The notes: generated from the sequence alone by a model not told the origin. Positions 21,013 through 35,471 are shown, counted from the stretch's first letter. The stretch: DNA of 64,000 bases from Pseudomonadota bacterium (GCA_021839245.1 JAKCBQ010000005.1:4043-68042); one strand, 5' to 3'. A program made the numbers and translations.

Positions 21013-22734
21013 ATGACGCGCCCGCGGCGATCGGCGGGTTCCCTTTGGTGTTGGTGGTTTGCCGTCGTCCCGGCTCTGGCTGTCGCCCAGGCCAGCCCGC
21101 GCCCTGTTCCGGTGGGGGTGGAGAGTTGCGCACGGCTTCTCCCCCCAAAGGTTTCGATCAGCGCCGGGCCGTGGGCTTATGCGCATCTCTGGTCACTCCT
21201 CCAGAAGCAAGGCTACGTGTTGCGTGCGGTCCGGATCAGGCGCATCAATGTCTACAACCTTGCGCGTCCCGGCGAGAATCTCTGGTACACCCGCCTCGTT
21301 GACTTTCTGCACATTAAGACGCGCACCTCAACCGTCCGGGTGCTTCTTTTCCTCCATGCGGGACAAGCGGTGCGTGCCCGGACGGTCTACGAAAACGAAC
21401 GTTTCCTTCGTTCGTTGGGCTTTCTGCGCAACGCCGTCGTGGTGCCGGTGGATTGTCACCAGCGCAAAGTTACGGCCCGCGTGATCACCTACGACGCATG
21501 GACGCTCAAGCTTGATGTCAAATTTGGCCGCGTCGGAGGAAGCAACGAAACCCGCTACAAGTTGGTCGACACCAATTTTTTGGGATTCGGGAAAACGATT
21601 GGGATTGGCCGGGCCACGACGCTCGAGCGGTCTGAGACGATTTACGAATACAAGGATCCCGCTCTCTTGGGCAGCCGATGGCAAGGGCAGTTCTTTTACG
21701 ATCAACTTTCAGACGGGGCTCGCAGGATCGTCGATGTGGGTCGACCGTTTCTGCGCGATACCACACCCGTTGCATGGAATTTTGCCGAGTTGGATCAGCA
21801 AGAAAATCTGCAGATCTATGACCACGGTGCACTGGCCGATCTTGTGCCCTGGGACGAGAAATCACTGACAGCCAGTTACGGACGGCTTTATGCGGCGCGG
21901 GGGAGCACCTTTGATCGGCTGTTTCTTGTTGCGCGTGTGGAGGACGACACGTACGGCGTTCCTACCGCCGTCGATCAGCCCGCGCTTGACGCCACGATCC
22001 CGCAGCCCGATCGGCGGGAACACGGTCTCGGCCTCGGTTGGCAGAGTTATCAAGACCGCTTCGCGAGTTTCGAGAACATCCGCTATATCGGGCGTGTGGA
22101 AGACTACGATCTTGGCTGGAACATGTCCGCCCGTCTGCTTTTCGACCCGACATTTCTGGGCAGCTCCGCCACCGGCTGGGCCGGACGCTTCGCCGCGAGC
22201 GATGGATGGCGGGTGGGCTCGCACGGACTTTTGCTCGGCCACTTCACACTGGTCGGGCAGAGCCTCGACGGTCGCCTTGAGAACGGTGTACTGCGTACGG
22301 ACCTCACACTCTACGAGCAAACCTGGCCGTTTCAGACCCTTGTTCTGCACGGAGCGTACGCCGGCGAAGTCCATCCGTTTCCTGAAAATTTTCTCTATCT
22401 CGGAGGCGCAAACGGGTTGCGCGGTTATCCCAATTTCTTCCGGATTGGCACACAACGTTGGATCACGACCGTTGAAGACCGGATTGTGACTCCCATCGTT
22501 CTGTTGCACACGTTCGAGATCGGCTTCGTGGCGTATGCCGATGCCGGTGCCGTCCGCCGTCTCTCGCCGGGAGGCTGGAGCCGGATCTTCGCGGACGTCG
22601 GAGGGGGATTGCGCCTCGGCAATTTGCGAGGCGCCTACGGGGAAGTGCTTTACTTCACGCTGGCCTGGCCCCTCGTGCGTACACCCAATGTTCCGAGCCA
22701 TCAGTTCGTCGTCGGCGACCAGGTGCGGTTTTGA
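21013..22734 (+). CDS. Omp85-family outer-membrane beta-barrel protein (POTRA plus barrel; BamA/TamA/TpsB-like)
   Basis: 573 aa, signal peptide WWFAVVPALAVAQA, long beta-strand-rich C-terminus ending in the aromatic residue F (...VGDQVRF). No TpsA-like partner gene is adjacent. Confidence 0.65.
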   Translation: MTRPRRSAGSLWCWWFAVVPALAVAQASPRPVPVGVESCARLLPPKVSISAGPWAYAHLWSLLQKQGYVLRAVRIRRINVYNLARPGENLWYTRLVDFLHIKTRTSTVRVLLFLHAGQAVRARTVYENERFLRSLGFLRNAVVVPVDCHQRKVTARVITYDAWTLKLDVKFGRVGGSNETRYKLVDTNFLGFGKTIGIGRATTLERSETIYEYKDPALLGSRWQGQFFYDQLSDGARRIVDVGRPFLRDTTPVAWNFAELDQQENLQIYDHGALADLVPWDEKSLTASYGRLYAARGSTFDRLFLVARVEDDTYGVPTAVDQPALDATIPQPDRREHGLGLGWQSYQDRFASFENIRYIGRVEDYDLGWNMSARLLFDPTFLGSSATGWAGRFAASDGWRVGSHGLLLGHFTLVGQSLDGRLENGVLRTDLTLYEQTWPFQTLVLHGAYAGEVHPFPENFLYLGGANGLRGYPNFFRIGTQRWITTVEDRIVTPIVLLHTFEIGFVAYADAGAVRRLSPGGWSRIFADVGGGLRLGNLRGAYGEVLYFTLAWPLVRTPNVPSHQFVVGDQVRF

Positions 22735-23420
22735 TGACCGCGGTGAGTGCAGGCGAAGAACTCGGGTCCAGTGAGCACGCTCTTCTTCGCCCGTGGCTGA
22801 CGAGCCTTGATGAGCAAGACGCCGCCGTCTTTCTCGATGCTCTCGCCCGCTACCTCGAACTCCTCCACCGGTGGAGTCGTGCGTACGATCTCGTCGGCCC
22901 GAAGGAGTTCGGCCGTCTGGTGGCCCGTCACGTCCTTCCCTCCCTCGCTCTCGCCACGTACCTGAATCCACAGGCTTCACTGCTCGATGTCGGTTCCGGA
23001 GCGGGGTTCCCGGGACTTGTGATCGCTCTGCGCGATCCCACCCGACGGGTTGTTCTCGTTGAGCGTAACGGGAAAAAGGCTCGTTTCCTCGATCACGTGG
23101 CGCGTCGCCTGAATCTCGAGCATCTGCAGGTTGTCCACGACGATGTCCGTCGCTTCCAGGATGGCCCGTTCGACGTGGTCACGGCACGCGCCTGGGGATC
23201 GGCCCGGAATCTCCTGGCCGCCAGCGGCCATCTTGCTCATGAGGCAACGGTCTGGCATCTCCTCAAAGGCCGGCGGGGGCGCACTGAAATCGACGCTTTG
23301 TCGCCTACGTGGCGGCCGGTCTTTGCTCCCCTTTTCCCCGATGCCTTTGGGCGGAGAGAAGATTTTCTGCTGACGGTGGTACGATCGAACCCCTCTCCTT
23401 CCACCGGGCGATCCACGTGA
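22731..23420 (+). CDS. rsmG: 16S rRNA (guanine527-N7)-methyltransferase RsmG (GidB)
   Basis: SAM-binding LLDVGSGAGFPGLVIAL. Canonical partner of mnmG, here separated from it by about 9 kb. Confidence 0.9.
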   Translation: MMTAVSAGEELGSSEHALLRPWLTSLDEQDAAVFLDALARYLELLHRWSRAYDLVGPKEFGRLVARHVLPSLALATYLNPQASLLDVGSGAGFPGLVIALRDPTRRVVLVERNGKKARFLDHVARRLNLEHLQVVHDDVRRFQDGPFDVVTARAWGSARNLLAASGHLAHEATVWHLLKGRRGRTEIDALSPTWRPVFAPLFPDAFGRREDFLLTVVRSNPSPSTGRST

Positions 23421-24250
23421 GCACCATCGTTGCTGTCGCCAACCAGAAAGGGGGTGTCGGCAAAACGACGACCGCCGTTAACCTCGCGGCCGCCTTGGCG
23501 AGTCACCGTCTGCCGGTTCTTCTCGTCGATCTCGACCCCCAGGCCAACGCCACAGCCGGGGTCGGAGTCGACAGGCGACAGCTCCATGCGTCTGTCTACG
23601 ACGTGCTCGTCGGAGGCCGGTCGGTCACAGGCCTCCTACACGAAGTGGAGACGGGTCCTCTGCGTTTCCACCTTTTGCCCGCGCATCCCGATCTGACGGC
23701 CGCTGAAGTCGTCATGACGCGTGAGGGGGGGGCCGAGCGGCGGCTCGCCGAGGCGTTGGCGCCCCTGCGCGAAGGGTTCACGTGGATCCTGATCGATTGT
23801 CCCCCGAGCCTGAACGTTCTCACCCTCAACGCGCTCGTCGCGGCCGACAGCGTTCTCATCCCGGTCCAATGTGAATACTATGCCCTTGAAGGGTTGAGCG
23901 CTCTTTGCGCCACGATCGAACGGGTGCGCGCGAGTGTCAACCCTCGGCTCGTCATCGAAGGACTTCTGCGCACTATGTACGATCCACGAAGCAATCTCAA
24001 CCAGGAGGTTGCGCGTCAGCTGCTCGACCATTTCGGTAGCCAGGTTTTCCGGACCATCATTCCGCGCAACATCCGCCTCGCTGAGGCTCCGAGCCACGGA
24101 CGAAGTGCACTCGCGCACGATCAAGGCGCCAAGGGGGCGTGGGCCTACTTCCTTCTTGCACGTGAGATCCTGGTCCGTCGGGGCATGATGACCGCCGATC
24201 TCTCCGACCCGTCCGGCCTGGAAGAGCGGCCATTCCCCCCCGGGGATTGA
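23417..24250 (+). CDS. parA: Chromosome partitioning ATPase ParA (Soj)
   Basis: Deviant Walker A VANQKGGVGKTTTAVNLAAAL. GTG start overlaps the rsmG stop. Confidence 0.9.
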   Translation: MSTIVAVANQKGGVGKTTTAVNLAAALASHRLPVLLVDLDPQANATAGVGVDRRQLHASVYDVLVGGRSVTGLLHEVETGPLRFHLLPAHPDLTAAEVVMTREGGAERRLAEALAPLREGFTWILIDCPPSLNVLTLNALVAADSVLIPVQCEYYALEGLSALCATIERVRASVNPRLVIEGLLRTMYDPRSNLNQEVARQLLDHFGSQVFRTIIPRNIRLAEAPSHGRSALAHDQGAKGAWAYFLLAREILVRRGMMTADLSDPSGLEERPFPPGD

Positions 24251-24293
24251 TAGAATCGCGGCAACAGCGCGCGATTCGAGGGAGGTGCGTAAG

Positions 24294-25163
24294 ATGGCGA
24301 AAAAACCGGCTTTGGGACGCGGGCTTGAGGAACTTCTCGGACGCGCGACCGTCGTCGGCGGTGAGACGGAAGGCGATGGGGATGTGCGACCCATCCCCAT
24401 CGAGTGGCTCACCCCCGGCCCGTATCAGCCGCGGCGCAGCATGGATCCCGACGCGCTCGAGGATCTGGCGGACTCCGTGCGTCGTCACGGCATTGTGCAA
24501 CCGGTGCTCGTCCGCCGATTGGCGCCCGACCGCTATGAGATCGTTGCCGGCGAGCGGCGTTGGCGTGCCGCGCAGAAGGCGGGCCTTCGGGAGATCCCCG
24601 CGATGGTTCGCTCGCTCGATGACCGCACGGTTTTGCAGATGGCGCTCATCGAGAATGTCCAACGGGCCGACCTGAGCCCGCTTGAGGAGGCACAGGCCCT
24701 CGATCGTCTGTGCCGGGAGTTCGGCATGACGCACGAGGAGGCGGGACGTGCGGTCGGCCGTTCACGAGCGACGGTATCGAATCTTCTCCGTCTTCTCGAT
24801 CTTGACGAGGAGGTGCAGCGTGAGGTTTTGGACCGCCGCCTCGACATGGGCCACGCACGGGCGCTTCTTGCTCTTCCTGCGGAAGAACAACGGGGCTTGG
24901 CCCGCCGCGCGGTCCGAGAGAAACTCTCGGTTCGTCGTCTTGAAGCTCTTGTGCGCGCGGCCCAGAAGGGATCCGTCAAACGCGCACGGCCGAAGGCCCT
25001 GACCGATCCCGATCTGGCGCGTGTGGCCCGTCTCTTGGGCGAGCGGCTGGCCACTCGCGTCGAGATTGTCCCCCGCATCGGAGGGGGGGGGCATCTCAAG
25101 ATCCACTATGAGAGCCTGGCGGCTTTCGACGAGCTGATGGAGCGGCTCTCCGTCGAACTCTAG
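24294..25163 (+). CDS. parB: Chromosome partitioning protein ParB (Spo0J)
   Basis: MAKKPALGRGLEELL start, ParB box GERRWRAAQKAGL. GGAGG ribosome-binding site about 10 nt upstream of the ATG at 24294. Confidence 0.9.
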   Translation: MAKKPALGRGLEELLGRATVVGGETEGDGDVRPIPIEWLTPGPYQPRRSMDPDALEDLADSVRRHGIVQPVLVRRLAPDRYEIVAGERRWRAAQKAGLREIPAMVRSLDDRTVLQMALIENVQRADLSPLEEAQALDRLCREFGMTHEEAGRAVGRSRATVSNLLRLLDLDEEVQREVLDRRLDMGHARALLALPAEEQRGLARRAVREKLSVRRLEALVRAAQKGSVKRARPKALTDPDLARVARLLGERLATRVEIVPRIGGGGHLKIHYESLAAFDELMERLSVEL

Positions 25164-25200
25164 AGCCTCTTCACCGTCGCCACGGGAAGAATCGCCGTAG

Positions 25201-26466
<1,266 letters not shown>

Positions 26467-26516
26467 GGCGCGAAAGACGCGCGCCACCGTTTTCGTTCCG
26501 CCACCGTCGAGGGTAA

Positions 26517-26816
<300 letters not shown>

Positions 26817-26861
26817 TCTCGCGGGACTCAGCACGGCGGTGCCGCACCCAGGAGGAAACGT

Positions 26862-27335
26862 ATGAATCTTGACCTCACCTTTCTCGGTGAAGTCGTCGGC
26901 TTCGTCCTCTTCGTCGGCTTTACCCTGCGTTACGTTTGGCCCCCCATTCTTGCCGCTATCGAGCGACGGGAACGTGAGATTGCCGCGGGCCTCGAGGCCG
27001 CCGAACGGGGTCGGCAGGCGCTCGCGGACGCGGAGGCGCGTACGGCCGAGATGATGCACGAGGCCCGCGATCGCGCGGCACGACTGCTCGATGACGCGAC
27101 ACGTCAGGTTGCCCGCCTTCTCGAAGAAGGGCGACGTGACGCTGAACGCCAGCGTGCCGAAGCCTTGGCGGCGACCGAAGCTCAGATCCAGCAGGCCGTG
27201 ATTCGCGCCCGTGATGAGCTGCGGACCGACTTGGGCCGTCTTGTGGTGATCACGGCCGGGCGCCTTCTTGAGCGCGAAGTCCGCGCTGAAGATCACGAAC
27301 GCCTCCTGACCGAGGCGGCCCGGGAGCTGGGATGA
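26862..27335 (+). CDS. atpF: F0F1 ATP synthase subunit b
   Basis: Single N-terminal TM followed by a long charged helix. Operon position. Confidence 0.9.
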   Translation: MNLDLTFLGEVVGFVLFVGFTLRYVWPPILAAIERREREIAAGLEAAERGRQALADAEARTAEMMHEARDRAARLLDDATRQVARLLEEGRRDAERQRAEALAATEAQIQQAVIRARDELRTDLGRLVVITAGRLLEREVRAEDHERLLTEAARELG

Positions 27336-27862
27336 TGGACCGGCAGAGTTTGGCTCGCCCCTACGCTCGCGCGTTCCATGATCATGCCCGTGCGCACGGG
27401 GTGTTGGACCTTTGGGGGAGCTTCCTCGAGGCGGGCGCCGCACTGGCCGCCGACGCACGAGTGCGCGGAATGTTGGCCGATCCTCGCCATACCCCGTCGG
27501 GAAAACTCGCGCTTCTGGCCCACCTTCTGGACATCGGGGACGAGGCCCGACGTCGTGCTTGCGGACTGCTTCTCGAACATCGGCGTTTTGCTCTTTTGCC
27601 CGCGATCGCCACGGAGTTCCGTGCGCTACGGGCCCGCGACGAAGGTTGGGTCGATGTCGAGGTCGCAACCGCCCAGGTGGTCCGCGAAAACGCTCTGGAA
27701 CCGCTGGTGCGTGCTCTCGAGGCCCGATGGGCACGGCGTCCGCGAATTCGTCTTCGGACCGAGCCCACCCTTCTGGCGGGTGCTGAGATTCGCGTCGGGG
27801 ATACGGTTCTCGATGCCTCCCTCCGCGGTCGACTCGCCCGGCTGGCTGCGGCTGTTTCGTGA
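27332..27862 (+). CDS. atpH: F0F1 ATP synthase subunit delta
   Basis: [14 protein letters not shown] start typical of delta/OSCP. Operon position. Confidence 0.9.
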   Translation: MMDRQSLARPYARAFHDHARAHGVLDLWGSFLEAGAALAADARVRGMLADPRHTPSGKLALLAHLLDIGDEARRRACGLLLEHRRFALLPAIATEFRALRARDEGWVDVEVATAQVVRENALEPLVRALEARWARRPRIRLRTEPTLLAGAEIRVGDTVLDASLRGRLARLAAAVS

Positions 27863-27911
27863 ATCGGGTATTTCAATCACCGTCTCGAACGGGGCGGCAA
27901 GGTGGAGTGAC

Positions 27912-29465
27912 ATGATCGAAAACGACCATCTGAGCGCAGCGGAGATCAGCGATCTCCTGCGGCAACGGCTCGAGGCCGTCGACTGGCGTCCCGAGGAACA
28001 CGACGTGGGCACCGTGGTGACGGTGACCGACGGCATCGTCCGCATCTACGGGATCGCGGGCGTGCAGTACGGGGAGATGATCGAGTTCCCGGGGCCGGTT
28101 TACGGCCTCGCGCTCAACCTCGAACGGGATGTTGTGGGTGCCGTGGTTCTTGGCGACTACCGGCACTTGCGCGAGGGGGACCGAGTGCGAACAACGGGGC
28201 GAATCCTCGAGGTTCCGGTGGGTGAAAGTCTGCTTGGTCGGGTGGTGGATCCGCTCGGCCGCCCCCTCGACGGCCGTGGTCCCGTGGCGGCCAAGGAGCA
28301 CGCACCGATCGAGAAGGTTGCTCCGGGCGTGATCACACGGCAGTCCGTCGGTCAACCGTTGGCCACCGGGCTCAAGGCGATTGACAGCATGGTCCCGATC
28401 GGCCGCGGGCAGCGGGAGCTCATCATTGGCGATCGCCAGACGGGCAAAACCGCCATTGCCATCGATACGATCATCAACCAGAAAGGAACAGGTGTGCGCT
28501 GCATTTATGTGGCCGTGGGGCAAAAAGCGTCGAGTGTCGCCTCCGTCGTTCGCAAGCTCGAGGAGCACGGCGCACTCGAGCACACAATCGTGGTCGCGGC
28601 GAATGCCGCTGAAGCGGCGGCCCTTCAGTACATCGCACCGTACAGCGGTTGCACCATGGGCGAATATTTTCGGGACCGTGGTGAGGACGCGCTCATCGTC
28701 TACGACGATCTCACCAAGCACGCCTGGGCCTACCGACAGATCTCCCTTCTGCTCCGCCGCCCCCCCGGGCGCGAGGCGTACCCCGGTGACGTTTTCTACC
28801 TCCACTCACGACTTCTCGAGCGGGCGGCTCGCGTCAATGCGGAGTACGTGGCCGAGAAGACCGGGGGGCGGGTGCGCGGGCGGACGGGATCCCTCACGGC
28901 ACTGCCGGTCATCGAGACCCAAGCCGGGGACGTTTCAGCCTTCATCCCGACCAATGTCATCTCGATTACGGACGGGCAAATCTACCTTGAGACCGATCTT
29001 TTTAACGCGGGGGTACGCCCGGCGATCAACGCGGGGCTTTCGGTCTCGCGTGTGGGTGGCGCGGCCCAGACCAAGATCATCAAGAAACTCGGCGGTGGTG
29101 TCCGCCTCGCTCTTGCCCAGTACCGCGAGCTTGCCGCCTTTGCTCAGTTCGCCTCCGAGCTCGATGAGGCAACGCGTCGGCAGCTTGAGCGCGGGCGCCG
29201 TGTCACCGAGCTCATGAAACAAAAACAGTACACCCCCCTCAGTACCGCGGACATGGCCGTGGGTCTTTTCGCCGCCAACGAGGGGTTCCTCGACACCCTC
29301 GCGGTCGAGGAGGTCGGGATGTACGAACGTGAACTGTTGGGCTACTTCCGAGCGGCCGCCCGACCACTTTACGACCGTATCAACACGAACGGAGACTACG
29401 ACGAGACGACCGCGCGGGAGCTGCGCGCCATTGTCGAGGGCTTCGTTCGCGAGACGCGGGGTTAA
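27912..29465 (+). CDS. atpA: F0F1 ATP synthase subunit alpha
   Basis: Start [21 protein letters not shown] aligns with E. coli MQLNSTEISELIKQRI. Walker A GDRQTGKT. Confidence 0.93.
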   Translation: MIENDHLSAAEISDLLRQRLEAVDWRPEEHDVGTVVTVTDGIVRIYGIAGVQYGEMIEFPGPVYGLALNLERDVVGAVVLGDYRHLREGDRVRTTGRILEVPVGESLLGRVVDPLGRPLDGRGPVAAKEHAPIEKVAPGVITRQSVGQPLATGLKAIDSMVPIGRGQRELIIGDRQTGKTAIAIDTIINQKGTGVRCIYVAVGQKASSVASVVRKLEEHGALEHTIVVAANAAEAAALQYIAPYSGCTMGEYFRDRGEDALIVYDDLTKHAWAYRQISLLLRRPPGREAYPGDVFYLHSRLLERAARVNAEYVAEKTGGRVRGRTGSLTALPVIETQAGDVSAFIPTNVISITDGQIYLETDLFNAGVRPAINAGLSVSRVGGAAQTKIIKKLGGGVRLALAQYRELAAFAQFASELDEATRRQLERGRRVTELMKQKQYTPLSTADMAVGLFAANEGFLDTLAVEEVGMYERELLGYFRAAARPLYDRINTNGDYDETTARELRAIVEGFVRETRG

Positions 29466-29468
29466 TCC

Positions 29469-31758
<2,290 letters not shown>

Positions 31759-31764
31759 ACTCAC

Positions 31765-32187
31765 GTGATGCACATCCGCGTTCAAATCGTAGATCCCGAG
31801 GCCCCACTCTACAGCGGAGAGGCGGAGGCCGTATTTGCGCCGGCCGAGCTCGGCGAGGTCGGGATCATGCCCCGTCATGCGCCGCTTCTGACCCGCCTTC
31901 GTGCGGGAGAAGTGCGTGTGCGTCACGACACCGAAGAGGAAAGCTTTTTCGTCACAGGCGGAATTCTCGAAGTGCAGCCTTTTGCTGTGACCGTGCTGGC
32001 AGACCGCGCCGTTCGTTCCACCGAGCTCGACGAAGAAGAGGCGCGGAGGGCACGCCAACGGGCCGAGGAACGGCTCGCGCAAAAGGCGGCCGAGCTCGAT
32101 ATTGCGCACGCGGAGGCGGAGCTTGCCGAGGCGGTGGCGCGTCTTCGGGCCATCGAACGGTTGCGTAAGATCGGCGTCCTCAAGTGA
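31765..32187 (+). CDS. atpC: F0F1 ATP synthase subunit epsilon
   Basis: 140 aa, beta-sandwich plus helical hairpin. Operon position. Confidence 0.9.
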   Translation: MMHIRVQIVDPEAPLYSGEAEAVFAPAELGEVGIMPRHAPLLTRLRAGEVRVRHDTEEESFFVTGGILEVQPFAVTVLADRAVRSTELDEEEARRARQRAEERLAQKAAELDIAHAEAELAEAVARLRAIERLRKIGVLK

Positions 32188-33569
32188 GCAAAGCGTCCGC
32201 GCGTGCGACACCTCCTCTTGCGGTAGTCGTGCTGGCTGCGGGCCGCGGAACACGGATGCGCTCGGAACGCCCGAAGGTTCTGCAGACACTGGCTGGGCGC
32301 CCGCTTCTCGATTGGGTTCTCGAAACCGCTCTCTCGCTGAACCCGGAGCGAATCCTTCTTGTTCACCCTCCGGACGCCGATTGGATTCCGGCGGGTGTTC
32401 CTCGGCTTACGGGCGTTGTGCAGCCGAGTCCACTCGGGTCCGGCGATGCGGTTCGTTGCGCTCTACAGCATGTCGATCCCGGCGATCGCATTCTCGTTCT
32501 TTACGGCGATGTGCCTCTGGTTTCCTTCGACGACATCGCAGGTCTCCTCGACGTCGTGCAGGATGACGGGCTCGCCCTTCTTACGGCCCGACCACAGGAT
32601 CCCGGCGGATACGGGCGCGTGTTGCGCGACGCGCGGGGTCGGATCTGCGCCGTTCGCGAAGAACGCGATCTCGATCCGGCAGAGACCTTCAAATTAAAGG
32701 AAATAAACACGGGAGTTATGACAGCCCGCGCCGCCCGCTTGAAACACTGGCTCCGCGATCTTCGGAACGACAACGCTCAGGGCGAATACTACCTTACGGA
32801 TGTTGTGGCCAGAGCGGTGGCCGACGGCTCTCCGATTCTTGATCGTGAGGCCCGCGACAACGACGGTGCACTCGGGGCCAACGACGCTCGAGACCTGGCT
32901 CGCCTCGAAGCGGTGGTTCGCAGACGCAAGGCGGAGTCCCTTCTCGACGCGGGTGTCCACGTTCTCGACCCCCTGCGACTCGACGTACGCGGGACGGTGG
33001 TTGTTGGGCGCGACGTCGTCCTCGACGTCGATGTGATCCTTGAGGGGCGGGTTGAACTCGCCGACGGCGTTCGCGTCGGTGCGTTTTCCTATCTCCGCGA
33101 TGTGACGGTGGAATCCGGCGCTGAGATACGACCGTTTTCGCATCTCGAGGATGCGCGTGTGGGCGCCGGCTGCCGCGTAGGGCCGTACGCCCGCCTCCGG
33201 GATGGGGTCGTGCTTGCCGGATGTGTCCGCGTCGGTAATTTTGTCGAACTCAAGAAGTGCTCGATTGGGGATGGAAGTAAAATCCTGCACCTGAGCTACG
33301 TCGGAGACGCCCGCATCGGCCGAGACGTGAACCTCGGTGCCGGTGTCGTTACCGTCAACTACGACGGCACGAACAAGAATACGACCGTCGTTGAGGATGG
33401 GGCCTTCGTCGGCTGTGGCAGCGAACTCGTGGCACCGGTCGTTGTGGGCGCAGGCTCCTACGTTGGGGCCGGCTCGACGGTGACCGAGGACACGCCCCCG
33501 GGCGAGCTCACCCTCGCCCGAGCCCGACAGGTGACTGTCCGGGGTTGGCGTCCCCCGGGCAAGCGCTGA
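32184..33569 (+). CDS. glmU: Bifunctional UDP-N-acetylglucosamine pyrophosphorylase / glucosamine-1-phosphate N-acetyltransferase
   Basis: N-terminal LAAGRGTRM nucleotidyltransferase motif. C-terminal left-handed beta-helix hexapeptide repeats. Confidence 0.92.
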   Translation: MSKASARATPPLAVVVLAAGRGTRMRSERPKVLQTLAGRPLLDWVLETALSLNPERILLVHPPDADWIPAGVPRLTGVVQPSPLGSGDAVRCALQHVDPGDRILVLYGDVPLVSFDDIAGLLDVVQDDGLALLTARPQDPGGYGRVLRDARGRICAVREERDLDPAETFKLKEINTGVMTARAARLKHWLRDLRNDNAQGEYYLTDVVARAVADGSPILDREARDNDGALGANDARDLARLEAVVRRRKAESLLDAGVHVLDPLRLDVRGTVVVGRDVVLDVDVILEGRVELADGVRVGAFSYLRDVTVESGAEIRPFSHLEDARVGAGCRVGPYARLRDGVVLAGCVRVGNFVELKKCSIGDGSKILHLSYVGDARIGRDVNLGAGVVTVNYDGTNKNTTVVEDGAFVGCGSELVAPVVVGAGSYVGAGSTVTEDTPPGELTLARARQVTVRGWRPPGKR

Positions 33570-33576
33570 CCGTTCC

Positions 33577-35427
33577 GTGTGTGGGATCGTCGCGTTCCTG
33601 ACCGCCCCCGGGGGGAACGTCGTCCCGCGCCTTCTCGCGGGGCTGGACCGTCTCGAATACCGGGGCTATGATTCCGCAGGGCTCGCCGTCGTCACTTCAG
33701 AGGGCATTCTTGCGGCCCGACGAACGGTCGGGAAAGTCGCCTGCCTGCGTGAGGACATCGCGCGTGATCCGGTGCACGGTCCCGTCGGGATCGCGCACAC
33801 CCGTTGGGCGACGCACGGGCGCCCGAGCGTCCCCAACGCCCATCCCCATCTCAGCGGTGACACCCTCGCGCTTGTTCACAACGGGATCATCGAGAATCAG
33901 GTCCTCTTGCGCGCGGAACTCGAGAGTGCCGGCTACGTCTTTCGCTCCGAAACTGACAGCGAGGTGATCGTTCACTTGATTCACCGAGCGCGGCGCCAAG
34001 GTGCCAGTTTGCCTGAAGCGGTCGCTGAAGCACGGTCCCGGCTCGAGGGAACCTACGCCATCGCCGTGATCGACCGTGACGAACCCGCTACGATTGTCGC
34101 GGCCCGTGAGGGCAGCCCGCTCGTCGTGGGCTTCCCCGATCCCGACGGGGAGCTCTTGGGGGCTCTTGCTTCCGATCCCGCAGCGCTGGCCGGTTTCGCG
34201 TCTCGGGTTCTCTATCTCGAGGACGGTGACATCGCGGTTGTACGCGGTGGGAACGTCGACGTTGTCGAGCACAAGGGGAGCCCGACGGCAAGGGCTGTGC
34301 ACGACAATCCCTGTCACCCGGCCGCGCTCGACCGCGGTGGCTTCCGTCATTACATGCTCAAAGAAATCCACGAGCAACCGGTGGCCGTCGAGCGAACACT
34401 CGAATCGCGTCTCGTGCGTGGACACGTCCCCGACGAAATCTTCGGACCGCAAGCGGCGGGGGTTCTTTCGGCCACGCGATCCGTTCATCTTGTGGCTTGC
34501 GGAACGAGTTACCACGCATCTCTCCTTGGACGCCGTGTGCTCGGTCGGCTTGCCGGCGTCGAAACGCTCGCGGAGGTCGCCAGCGAATACCGTTACCAAC
34601 CGCCGCCGGTGGGCCCGGGGTCGCTCATCGTGGCCGTCTCGCAGTCGGGCGAGACGGCCGACACTTTGGCCGCGGTGCGCCAAGCACGGACTCTCGGCTA
34701 CGAAAGCCTACTCGGCATTTGCAACGTGGCGGGCTCCAGCCTCCTTCGCGAGACCCCACTGGCCTTTCTGACACAGGCGGGGCCCGAGATTGGGGTGGCA
34801 TCGACCAAAGCATTCAGCACGCAAACGGTGGGTCTTTACCTTCTGGCACTCGCTTTGGCACGTCACCGCACGGCGTCTTCTCAGTCACTTGCCGAAGGGA
34901 CGCAGGCCCTGCATCAACTTCCGGATGCACTTCGCACTGCTCTCGATCTTGAACCTTCCGTCAAGGGGGTGGCCGAGGAGATCGCTGAAGATGCACACGT
35001 GCTCTATATCGGCCGCGGGAATCATTACCCGGTCGCTCTTGAGGGCGCCCTCAAGCTCAAGGAAATCTCTTACATTCACGCCGAAGCCTATCCGGCGGGC
35101 GAACTCAAGCACGGCCCTCTGGCGCTTGTCGACCACCGTATGCCGGTCGTTGCACTTGTTCCGCGCGACGAACTGTTCGAGAAAATGACGTCCAATCTCG
35201 CCGAGATCTCCGCCCGAGGAGGGCGTCTTTATATCTTCACCGACGCGGTCGACTTGCCCAGCTTCCCGGGGGCACGGATCGTGCCTGTTCCGGGGCCTTG
35301 GCCCCCGCTCGTATCGCCGCTTGTCTACACCGTGGTCCTGCAACTTCTCGCTTACCACACGGCCGTTGCCAAAGGGACCGATGTTGATCAACCGCGCAAT
35401 CTCGCCAAGTCGGTGACGGTCGAATAG
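33577..35427 (+). CDS. glmS: Glutamine--fructose-6-phosphate aminotransferase
   Basis: MCGIVAF N-terminal nucleophile, tandem SIS domains, C-terminal ...KSVTVE. Confidence 0.93.
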   Translation: MCGIVAFLTAPGGNVVPRLLAGLDRLEYRGYDSAGLAVVTSEGILAARRTVGKVACLREDIARDPVHGPVGIAHTRWATHGRPSVPNAHPHLSGDTLALVHNGIIENQVLLRAELESAGYVFRSETDSEVIVHLIHRARRQGASLPEAVAEARSRLEGTYAIAVIDRDEPATIVAAREGSPLVVGFPDPDGELLGALASDPAALAGFASRVLYLEDGDIAVVRGGNVDVVEHKGSPTARAVHDNPCHPAALDRGGFRHYMLKEIHEQPVAVERTLESRLVRGHVPDEIFGPQAAGVLSATRSVHLVACGTSYHASLLGRRVLGRLAGVETLAEVASEYRYQPPPVGPGSLIVAVSQSGETADTLAAVRQARTLGYESLLGICNVAGSSLLRETPLAFLTQAGPEIGVASTKAFSTQTVGLYLLALALARHRTASSQSLAEGTQALHQLPDALRTALDLEPSVKGVAEEIAEDAHVLYIGRGNHYPVALEGALKLKEISYIHAEAYPAGELKHGPLALVDHRMPVVALVPRDELFEKMTSNLAEISARGGRLYIFTDAVDLPSFPGARIVPVPGPWPPLVSPLVYTVVLQLLAYHTAVAKGTDVDQPRNLAKSVTVE

Positions 35428-35432
35428 CCGCT

Positions 35433-35471
35433 CCGAGTCAGGGGAGAAGACTCGGCCTCTACTCTATACTT
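35433..35471 (+). terminator. Candidate intrinsic terminator downstream of glmS
   Basis: Perfect 7-bp inverted repeat ccgagtc-(9 nt)-gactcgg followed by a weakly T-rich tract (cctctactctatactt). Confidence 0.35.

Noticed and set aside
20919-21302. Alternative-frame ORF with a signal-peptide-like start (MRSGTAWLVARARPLRGPCVMVAAALTAQAQ) overlapping the 5' end of the Omp85 gene, suggesting a possible frameshift.
   Set aside because: The 21013 frame itself begins with a good signal peptide (WWFAVVPALAVAQA) and continues for 573 aa, so no frameshift is needed.
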